Virus record (IMG/VR): IMGVR_UViG_3300045284_000065
Span: 27,555 to 91,554 of that record
Length of the DNA stretch: 64,000 nt
Source: a virus
Strand: one strand, 5' to 3'
Shown: piece after piece, positions 34,660-42,459 of the stretch
How positions within the stretch are numbered: position 1 is the first letter of the stretch
Layout of the letters: every line of letters starts with the position of its first letter
Position numbers and translations under genes: made by a program
The notes under the pieces: generated by a model
What the model saw: only the letters and a program-made list of their open reading frames with translations
The model's database searches: none
What the model was told of the DNA's origin: nothing

Positions 34660-35855
34660 ACCAGGCCTCGCAGTCGGGGGTTGTTCCAGGAGGAGACCCA
34701 GCGCTTGTTCTCGTCCAGGCTCAACGAGGGGCGTCCCTGGGGCGGGTCCTGCCGCTCCCAGAAGGGCTTGTAGGGCACCTCGGTGTAGCCAGGAGTGGCC
34801 TCTTTGGTCGGCCGGGTGAGGAACAGCATCGTCTGGTACTGCTGATCGTTGGCGTTGTGACCAACCGCGCGGACGAACCACTTGCCGTCGCCCTCGGGCT
34901 TGAAGTACTTGCTCGACGCCGTGACCACATCGACGCATGACCCCGGCCAGATGTCGGCATCGCCCCATATGCGCGCCACACCCGACTCGGCCCACCCATC
35001 TGCCCTCGTCTGCCAGGCATCGACGTAGACCTGGGCCTCCACCTGGTCGCGGATCAGCTGGGTCGACTCGAAGACGAACCCGGCGAAGTCACCGTCCTGG
35101 GTGATCGTCTGAGCCTCGTTGCCAGTGGTGAAGAAGCCGAACTTGATGCCGAGGTTGTTCTTGAGCATCTCGGAGGTGGCCTGGCTGGAGAAGTCGATCA
35201 GGGTGCGGTCGGTGGTCCCGACGCCGATGCTGCTCTGGCCCGACACCAGGCTGGTGTAGGAACCAGTCTCTCGGTAGGTCTTCAGTGGGTCGATGACCTG
35301 GACCACGCCATAGCGGGTGTACACCGACCAGCCGATCCGCTTGGCGAGGTCAGTGACCATCGTCCAGTCGCTCTCGTCGGTCTGAGCGAGTGCCTCCCAT
35401 ATGTGGGTATGCGATTGCCCTCCCGACCCCAGGCCGCTGTTGTTGACCAGATCACTGATCACCCCGGTCGCCGTGCGGTTGACGAAGAAGCGCGGCTTGC
35501 CCTCGAACATCACCTTGGAGGGACCGAGGATGCTCATCGTGAACGACAACTGGCTGGTCGCCTTCTGCTCGTTGGTGATCTCGGCCACGTAGCCCTGGAA
35601 CAACTCCGTGCGCGGCGGTGCCCCGTAGTAGAAGGAGATGGGCTGGTCGATGATGCCATCAGTCGTCGTCAGCGTGGTGGAGATCACCGACAGCGTCGCC
35701 CCATCGTGCTGGCCCTCGGACACGATCATCTGCAGTTCCTTGGGCACCACGTCGAACGCCGCCCCCTTCAGCTGGGGGCTGAAGACCGGGACCCGGCCGC
35801 GCATCGACCGACCACCGGAGCCTCCCGCAGAGGGGTTGAGGTCAGTCATCGTCAT
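34656..35855 (-). CDS. Baseplate hub (gpD/gp27-like)
   Basis: FQGYV, QTDESDWTMVTDLAKRIG, GKWFVRAVGH. Confidence 0.8.
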   Translation of the reverse strand: MTMTDLNPSAGGSGGRSMRGRVPVFSPQLKGAAFDVVPKELQMIVSEGQHDGATLSVISTTLTTTDGIIDQPISFYYGAPPRTELFQGYVAEITNEQKATSQLSFTMSILGPSKVMFEGKPRFFVNRTATGVISDLVNNSGLGSGGQSHTHIWEALAQTDESDWTMVTDLAKRIGWSVYTRYGVVQVIDPLKTYRETGSYTSLVSGQSSIGVGTTDRTLIDFSSQATSEMLKNNLGIKFGFFTTGNEAQTITQDGDFAGFVFESTQLIRDQVEAQVYVDAWQTRADGWAESGVARIWGDADIWPGSCVDVVTASSKYFKPEGDGKWFVRAVGHNANDQQYQTMLFLTRPTKEATPGYTEVPYKPFWERQDPPQGRPSLSLDENKRWVSSWNNPRLRGLV

Positions 35856-36199
35856 CAGGTCACCGGCAACCTGAGGTATGCGCCCGGCATGATGTCCAGC
35901 GGGTACCAGATCTGCGGGTTCATCTCGGCCAGCACATGCCACTGGTTGGGGTCATCGAGGATCTTGAACCCGAGGAAGGGCAGGTTCTCCGTCTCCTTGG
36001 CGTAGTAGGCCGTTGTGGCCCCCGGGATATCTGGCTCGGTCGTGACGCGGTACAGCGCCTCGCGCAGATCGATGCGGATATGCAGCGATGTCTTACCCAC
36101 ATCCCCGGACAGCAACGGGTAGCCCCGAGTGCTGTAGGAGTGGGAGAAGGTGGCCAATCGGTCAGCGACCTCGTAGCGGGAACCTGGGGGAACAGCCAT
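35855..36199 (-). CDS. LysM-like / tail X baseplate protein
   Basis: ILDDPNQWHVLAEMNPQIWYPLDIMPGAYLRLP. Confidence 0.8.
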   Translation of the reverse strand: MAVPPGSRYEVADRLATFSHSYSTRGYPLLSGDVGKTSLHIRIDLREALYRVTTEPDIPGATTAYYAKETENLPFLGFKILDDPNQWHVLAEMNPQIWYPLDIMPGAYLRLPVT

Positions 36200-37749
36200 C
36201 AGTGCAACGGGGGGAGAGGAGTGTCGGGAGTGGTGTCGGTGAAGTGGCTGCCGTTCGTGGTGTACACCCGAACGCAGTAGTTGTACTGCAGGGAGTTGCC
36301 CGAGTAGGTGGAGATGGTGACATCCTGATCGTGCGAAGCGGCATGGAGGACCGAGAAGGAGTCAGTGGTCTTCGTCCAGAGGTAGGCCACATGGTTGGTC
36401 CCGGGTCGATCGGGGTGGTTATAGCGCATGAGGAGGTCGCCCCTGATGCCGCTGGTGAGGACCGACTTGAAGATGTTCTGAGAGTTGAGTTCTCCATGCG
36501 GCTGACCGAAGCCCCACAGGCGCTCGACGAAGTTGTTGCCTTGGAAGCCGCCGATCATCGACGCCACCGAGGGAATCCCTCCACCCTTGTTCGCCCACTT
36601 GGGCCAGCCCAGGTTGGAGGCGATGGTGTCGCCGTCAGGCTCCAGGGAGACCAACCCGGCCCACACGTAGCTGGAACAGTCGGCCATCGCCCACAGGTTG
36701 CCCCGGTTGCCCTCGGCACCGACGTAGATCGTGTGGGCAGCGTCGGAGTGTGACTTGGCGTTCTCCGCTGCCCTGGCACCGATCGTGCCGTCACGGCTGA
36801 GAGGGGTGCCATCAGCGTTCGCGAAGGTGCCCTCGCTGTTCACCCCGAGGGAGGGGCGACTGATGTCCTCGTTGTTGGTCGGCCAACTCATCTCCTCGAA
36901 GGAGAGGTTGAACACCGGGGCCGCTGGGATGTTGTAGTGGATGGTGCGATCGACGGTGGATGTCGGAGCGGTGAAGCCGGTGATGTCGCGCACCGGACCC
37001 ATGTAGATGACCCGCATCGTCAGGGCGACGCGCATGCGCGTCGGTGTCATCTCATGGGTGAACTTCTCGTAGACGATCTGGCTGTTGATCGGCCGACCCT
37101 GCACCGTGATGTCCTTGGAGAACACGACGGTGATGTCCCGGGGGTTGACCATCATCACGCCCGAGTCGGGGATGGTGTTGTTGGCCCCCGTCCCTCCCGG
37201 TATCACATTGCGGACCACCAGGTCGAAGTAGTCCAGGTCATCGAGGACGCCGCGGTTGCCCGGGACCATCGCCTCGGTCTGCCGATCGAAGAACAACTCG
37301 AAACTGAACTCCAGGATGCTGGGCGGGGCCACCAGGTTGCCCGAGTCGAAGATCGTGTTGAAGGGGTCCAGCGCCCCCTGGTCGAGGTAGTTCACGTACT
37401 GCCGAGTGATCGTCGTCGGGTTGTACATGAAGTAGAGGCGGCACGTCGATGGCAGGTCGGTGGCGTTGACCTGGGCACGGCGGATGTAGCCCCGCTTGAT
37501 GTTGGCGGGGGCCGGTCCACCGATCGCCCCCTTCTGGAACGGGATGTTGTGAGCACCGGCCTCCCAGGAGGCGAACGGCGGGTTGGTGCGCCACCTGGTC
37601 GTGCCCGCACCCGGGACGAAGGTGCCGAAGTCGAGCCACTCATAGCCCGACGTGGTCTGCTGCCGACCCTGGGCGTCGACCACCGTCTGCGGGGTGACGT
37701 ACGTCGGGGTACGCGAACTGGTCGTCGGGACGTAGGTGTTGACAGCCAT
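36199..37749 (-). CDS. Tail tube initiator-like protein with a C-terminal NlpC/P60-type domain
   Basis: FMYNPTTI...FELFFDR; ADCSSYV...GDLL...HVA...HAA. Confidence 0.75.
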   Translation of the reverse strand: MAVNTYVPTTSSRTPTYVTPQTVVDAQGRQQTTSGYEWLDFGTFVPGAGTTRWRTNPPFASWEAGAHNIPFQKGAIGGPAPANIKRGYIRRAQVNATDLPSTCRLYFMYNPTTITRQYVNYLDQGALDPFNTIFDSGNLVAPPSILEFSFELFFDRQTEAMVPGNRGVLDDLDYFDLVVRNVIPGGTGANNTIPDSGVMMVNPRDITVVFSKDITVQGRPINSQIVYEKFTHEMTPTRMRVALTMRVIYMGPVRDITGFTAPTSTVDRTIHYNIPAAPVFNLSFEEMSWPTNNEDISRPSLGVNSEGTFANADGTPLSRDGTIGARAAENAKSHSDAAHTIYVGAEGNRGNLWAMADCSSYVWAGLVSLEPDGDTIASNLGWPKWANKGGGIPSVASMIGGFQGNNFVERLWGFGQPHGELNSQNIFKSVLTSGIRGDLLMRYNHPDRPGTNHVAYLWTKTTDSFSVLHAASHDQDVTISTYSGNSLQYNYCVRVYTTNGSHFTDTTPDTPLPPLH

Positions 37750-40700
37750 CAGTTGGACCGCACCATCCGCTTCTTCATCTGATCCTCCAGCTGATCGGCC
37801 ATTTGAGCCACAACACGCCGCACGTCGATGCCGTTGCTGGAGGGTGGGCCACCAGCAGCGTTGATCACGAACTGGTTGTGGAAGACCATCCCTCCACTGC
37901 TGCCCACCGGCCCGCTGCCGAGCATGTGCTGGGCGTAGCTGGGATCCGGGCCGAGGTACGGAACCTCGTTCGTGCTCGGGATATCGCCATATCCAGCTTC
38001 CTTGGCTGCCTCCAGGCCCAGTCGCTGGTTCGTCTCGCTCAGGTGCAGACCGGCGCGGTACCCGAGCCAAGGGTTGAAGTCCGAACCGCTGCCCGACAGC
38101 GTGTACATCGCCTTGAGGTTGACGTAGGGGTCGAGCAGTTCGTCGTAGGACCCGATGCCGAACATCTTCTGCCGCTCCGGTCCCAGGCTGCCGAGCATGT
38201 TGATCTGCGTCAGGCCGTAGCTGTTGTCACCGGTACCGGCGTTGGTGTTGTGCGCCGACGGGTTCCAGTCGCTCTCCCGCTTGGCGATGCCGACGACGGT
38301 GGGGATCGCTGAGTTGGAGAACCCTGCCGCATGGGCGATCTTGGCCACCATGGCACCGGTAGACAGCCCGGTGGCATCGATCCCCAGGTTCTTGAGCGCC
38401 TCCGTCAGCGTCGAGGCACCGCTGCTGGTCGCACCACCGCCACCACCACCACCACCACCAGAGTTGTTGAGGCCACCACCGCCGATCTTGCTGCCGAACG
38501 ACTTGCCGTAGCTGAAGTCCTTGGCCATCCCCTGCGACTGCAGACCACCGAAGTGGAAGGTCCCGGCCGCACCGACCAGGGCACCGTAGAGAGTCGGGTC
38601 GAAGTTCAGTGAACTGAGGTCAGCGTTGGGGTCGTCCATGCCGAAGGTGCCCAGGAACAGGGACATGACGGCGGGAACGATGCCACCAATGGCCGTTATG
38701 GCGGTATCCCGGTTCAACCCTCCCTTGAACAGGTTGAAGATGGCCCCGAGGCCTGCCAGCGGGTCCTTGCCGAGATCGGGGTCGGGGTTGGGTTCAGCGC
38801 CGGTACCTACCGTGTCTGCAGGGGCAGGAGCGTTGGCATCGGGGTGCCCGACCCCGGGTGCCCCTGCGATCCCCGGATAGACCCCCGCTGCATGGGCGTT
38901 GAGGATGGCGATCACTGCCTGTGGATCGGTACTCCACGTCGGCAGTGGCGTGCCGAAGTCGTTGAACGGCTCATTGCCCGAGAAGGGACGCCCTCCGGTC
39001 GAGTAGGGGTCATCGGGGGGAGGGGTGTCACCGACCCCCGGTGCATCACCGAGGCCGACGTGCCACGGTTCCCCGAAGCCCTTGCCCGAGCGCAGCCCGA
39101 ACTTCCCGGCGTTCTTCATGAGCCAGCCGTACTGGCTGGCAGGACCAAGGTCAGCCGCCAAGCCGCGCGTGTGCGCCGAAGGCCGACCCGACACCTTGTT
39201 GAACCCCTTGGCCTTGAGGTTCTGCTGGGTGACTGTGTCACGCAGGCCCGAGTTGACGCGCAACTTGGGGTTGGCCTTCATCATCCGGTCGACCTTGCGC
39301 TTCATATCGGGGTGCAGGCCAGCCGTGGAGGAGGTGCCCATCATCCCCCACTCCATGCCAGGGCTGTCGCCAAGGCCGTCAGGCTCATCGCCGCCCGCAG
39401 CCTTAATGACGGCGTCAACGACACCGCCACCGGCCGTGAAGGACCCCTCGAACAGCTGCATCAGCGAGTCCATCCCGCCCGGCAGAACCATGTTGGTACC
39501 GGCAGTCAAGCCCCCGATGAGACCCTTGGTCAATGACTCGACACCGTGAAGGCCATAGCCGATGCCGCCACCGAGAAGCGCACCGATGGGACCGCCGCGC
39601 TCCAACAGGCCCATCAGCAGTTCTTCCAGCTGATCAGGGAGATACTGCATGACCGACAGAGCGCCCTTGCTGGTCTGAGCCGGGATCACCCGAGACATGA
39701 CGTTGGCCATCAGGTCGTTGAACCAGCGGTTGGACTCTTCCTTGTTGGAGTAGCTCCCGGCCATCGTCCCGGCCAGGCTCAGTTCGCCGCGGCCCTTGGC
39801 CGAGACGGCCTGCAGGCGCTCCCAGGGCTGGTTACCGCCCCGAGCGGTGTCGAACTGGTTGACCGGAGAGACGATGAACTTGCCCTGGGTCGAGTTGGTG
39901 CGGTTCGCCTTGCCCAGCGAATAGTCCCACCAGTACTCCTTCATGTCGGGCGTGATGCCCTGGGTGGTCAGCCAGGCGTCGATGTTGGAGCCGGGGAAGT
40001 ACTGGGCGAGCAGCTGTCCGTAGTCGAACGGCTTGCCGGTGTCGGGCGGCGGGCGCATTCCTTCGACCCAGCGCAGGATGCCCTCGGCCCACTCCGACAG
40101 CGACTTCACCTTGCCGCCGCGGCCGATCATGTTGAAGGCCCCACCCGTGAGGTACGCCTGCTGCTGCTGTCCCGGCTGCAGCTGCTGGGCCACAGCACCG
40201 GCCATCGCCCCCACCGGGGTAGCCGGGGTGATCATCTGCATCTGCTGGACGGCCGAGAGGAACCCAGTGGTGCGGGCGCTGCCCTGGCGGGCAGTGCCGA
40301 GGTCCATCATCGCCCCGGCCGAGCGGGCGATGCCCATGAGGTTGATCAGGTCCTCAGGTGACCCCCTGACATCGCCGGGGAAGCGGGCCAGGTTGGTGGC
40401 GATCCCATTCGGACCACCCGTCTGCGCCCCCGTGGCGAACATCTGCCCGGACAGCTGGGACTGCATGTTCATCGACAGCTGGCGGTTGGTGCCCAAGGTC
40501 TGCGTGATGAACCGCAGCGGGAACATCGCCAGGTCCTTGAGTATGTCACTGCCTGCTGCTGCCGAGGCCACCCCAAAGAGCTTGTTGACGACACCGCTGC
40601 CACCCGAGGTGGACTGCACCGTCGACTGCATGGCGGCGTTCGCCTGGTTGACGTTGTTCGCCGCCTGGTTGGCCTGGTTGCCGATCTGGTTGAACATGCC

Positions 40701-40886
40701 CCCGATCTGCTGGCCCAGGCGCTGCTGTTGGTTGGCGAGGTTCTGCAGGGACTGGTTGAGGCCGCTGACCGCCGTGTTCAGCTGGGTCAGCTGGTCGGTC
40801 GCCTGCTGCAGCCCAGGGATCTGGATGTTGGGGTTGCTACCACCGCCCCCGCCACCCCCGCCGAATCCGGCGAAGAAGTTAGCCAT
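37749..40886 (-). CDS. Tape measure protein with M15-like peptidase and lytic transglycosylase domains
   Basis: SGLR...SAHTRGLAADL...EPWHV; IAKRESDWNP..NSYGLTQIN...DPYVN...FNPW; follows the chaperone gene. Confidence 0.85.
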   Translation of the reverse strand: MANFFAGFGGGGGGGGSNPNIQIPGLQQATDQLTQLNTAVSGLNQSLQNLANQQQRLGQQIGGMFNQIGNQANQAANNVNQANAAMQSTVQSTSGGSGVVNKLFGVASAAAGSDILKDLAMFPLRFITQTLGTNRQLSMNMQSQLSGQMFATGAQTGGPNGIATNLARFPGDVRGSPEDLINLMGIARSAGAMMDLGTARQGSARTTGFLSAVQQMQMITPATPVGAMAGAVAQQLQPGQQQQAYLTGGAFNMIGRGGKVKSLSEWAEGILRWVEGMRPPPDTGKPFDYGQLLAQYFPGSNIDAWLTTQGITPDMKEYWWDYSLGKANRTNSTQGKFIVSPVNQFDTARGGNQPWERLQAVSAKGRGELSLAGTMAGSYSNKEESNRWFNDLMANVMSRVIPAQTSKGALSVMQYLPDQLEELLMGLLERGGPIGALLGGGIGYGLHGVESLTKGLIGGLTAGTNMVLPGGMDSLMQLFEGSFTAGGGVVDAVIKAAGGDEPDGLGDSPGMEWGMMGTSSTAGLHPDMKRKVDRMMKANPKLRVNSGLRDTVTQQNLKAKGFNKVSGRPSAHTRGLAADLGPASQYGWLMKNAGKFGLRSGKGFGEPWHVGLGDAPGVGDTPPPDDPYSTGGRPFSGNEPFNDFGTPLPTWSTDPQAVIAILNAHAAGVYPGIAGAPGVGHPDANAPAPADTVGTGAEPNPDPDLGKDPLAGLGAIFNLFKGGLNRDTAITAIGGIVPAVMSLFLGTFGMDDPNADLSSLNFDPTLYGALVGAAGTFHFGGLQSQGMAKDFSYGKSFGSKIGGGGLNNSGGGGGGGGGATSSGASTLTEALKNLGIDATGLSTGAMVAKIAHAAGFSNSAIPTVVGIAKRESDWNPSAHNTNAGTGDNSYGLTQINMLGSLGPERQKMFGIGSYDELLDPYVNLKAMYTLSGSGSDFNPWLGYRAGLHLSETNQRLGLEAAKEAGYGDIPSTNEVPYLGPDPSYAQHMLGSGPVGSSGGMVFHNQFVINAAGGPPSSNGIDVRRVVAQMADQLEDQMKKRMVRSN

Positions 40887-41035
40887 GACTCCTCGTCTTC
40901 TTCCACTCGATCATGGCCATCCAATACCTACGCTGCCTGCCTGTCATGCTGCGGATCTCGGAGAGAGACCACCCTGGGTAGTTCTGAGCGATCACTTCGT
41001 AGTTGAGGTAGTTCGATGTCTCACTGGAGGCGAAA
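40879..41035 (-). CDS. Tail chaperone C-terminal extension, probably reached by frameshift
   Basis: NYEVIAQNYPGWSLSEIRSMTGRQRRYW lies in the +1 frame relative to the chaperone, with no convincing independent start. Confidence 0.6.
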
Positions 41036-41821
41036 GAAGTCCAGCCAGTTGAAGTTGAGTTGCTGATCCTCCTGACACCCGTGGCACGGGAACTTGATGG
41101 ACAGGTCGATGCTGGGCTGGCGCTCGGCCATCTCATCGAGTAGTTCCTGGCGGTCCTTCATGGTCATGCCCTTGGCGTAGGAGAGAGGGTCCACGACCAT
41201 CCCCCCGTTGACCGAGAGGATGCAGGCCGACAGCAGCGTCGTGTTCATCTCGGCGTTGGTCAGGCCCTCCTTGCGGAGGATCTCCATCTGGTCGGCACCG
41301 GTAGCCAGCCGCACCTCCAGGGCCTCGCCCCTGGAGGTGCGGTAGTTGAACGACCGCTCATCGATGTTGTTGACCACCTTGGGCTTGAAGTCCTCACTGA
41401 GCTTCACCCCGAGGTCCTGGGCACGCCCGCACCGCGAGCAGGTGTGCGGGAAGCGGCGGTCGTCGCCGTAGGTCACCCGAGCGATGTTCAGGAACAGGAC
41501 ATCGCGCTCACCGACGAGCAGCTGACGAAGGTGCCCCTGGCGATCAGCCAGGGGCATCGACGCCAGGTCCAGGTTCCCGATGCGGACGGTACCGAGAGCA
41601 ATGACTGCGTCGAAGATCTCCCCCGAGCGCTTGTACCGGGCGAGTTGCTCCTCGTCGTTCCCGGTCATCTCCCGCACTTCGGCCCGGCGTTGGTCCTGGC
41701 CGTTGTACTGGAGTCCTCGGAGGAGGTCGACCAGGCAGTCGGGTGCCGGATCGATGGTCGGCACGGGGCCGACCATCTCCTCCTGGGCGCGCTTGAGATC
41801 TTGTTCTTCGACGTTGGTCAC
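41021..41821 (-). CDS. Tail assembly chaperone (T4 gp26-like)
   Basis: VREMTGNDEE, LLVGERD, two CxxC motifs, ends DFFRLQ; lies between tube and tape measure. Confidence 0.78.
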   Translation of the reverse strand: MTNVEEQDLKRAQEEMVGPVPTIDPAPDCLVDLLRGLQYNGQDQRRAEVREMTGNDEEQLARYKRSGEIFDAVIALGTVRIGNLDLASMPLADRQGHLRQLLVGERDVLFLNIARVTYGDDRRFPHTCSRCGRAQDLGVKLSEDFKPKVVNNIDERSFNYRTSRGEALEVRLATGADQMEILRKEGLTNAEMNTTLLSACILSVNGGMVVDPLSYAKGMTMKDRQELLDEMAERQPSIDLSIKFPCHGCQEDQQLNFNWLDFFRLQ

Positions 41822-41824
41822 TGC

Positions 41825-41836
41825 ATATCCCGATAT
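41825..41836. promoter_or_regulatory. ATATC-NN-GATAT palindrome (perfect copy)
   Basis: ATATCCCGATAT, intergenic between the tube and chaperone genes. Confidence 0.6.
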
Positions 41837-41841
41837 CTAGC

Positions 41842-42450
41842 TCAGGTCCCGACGAGGACCGGGGTGGAGACCAGATTGAGGGCGTTGTTGAGGCTCGCCG
41901 CCTGGTCGTGGCCGAAGTACACCTCGAAGCCTTCGTGGTGGACCTGCATCTGGTGGACGAGGATGCCGTTGTTCTGAGCATCGAGGCCACCGAAGCCAAC
42001 GCTGGCCGTCCAGCAGTTGTAGAACTGGAAGGCGATCACCGCGCCGTCGTAGGACCGCGTCGACATCGACGCCGCCCCGTGAGTCACCGGGTGGCCCATC
42101 ACTCGCACGGTGAGGGTGTAGCGGTACTGGGTGATCTGACCGTTGGAGAAGTCCAACGTGCCTGCCCCGTGCTGGACGGCGAACATCTTCTTGGCCAAGT
42201 TCCACATCTGTGGCTTGTCGAAGAAGACGCCCGACGACATGGTGAGGGGCTGGAAGTTGGTCTGCCCCGGGAGCTTGTGGGGCGTGGTGTTGTAGCCCCC
42301 CTCCCGGTAGGCAGTCATGTCGGTGTCCATGGCGATGCCTTCGACGGACATGAAGCCCATCTGGCCGAAGACCATGCCGTCAACCCCGACTGCATCGACC
42401 AGGAACTTGAAGTTCCTGACCGGATCGGAACGCTCGAATGTGGTTGCCAC
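41842..42450 (-). CDS. Tail tube protein (T4 gp19-like)
   Basis: DPVRNFKF, GFMSVEG, YREGG..HKLPGQT..LTMSSG. Confidence 0.92.
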   Translation of the reverse strand: MATTFERSDPVRNFKFLVDAVGVDGMVFGQMGFMSVEGIAMDTDMTAYREGGYNTTPHKLPGQTNFQPLTMSSGVFFDKPQMWNLAKKMFAVQHGAGTLDFSNGQITQYRYTLTVRVMGHPVTHGAASMSTRSYDGAVIAFQFYNCWTASVGFGGLDAQNNGILVHQMQVHHEGFEVYFGHDQAASLNNALNLVSTPVLVGT

Positions 42451-42459
42451 TGCTACTCC

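Noticed and set aside
36199-38070. ORF-track starts that extend deep into upstream genes (also 34995, 35942, 13067, 12595, 22007, 22890, 57198, 7249)
   Set aside because: Downstream starts with an RBS or stop/start overlaps fit better, and the extensions read as frame-shifted junk.
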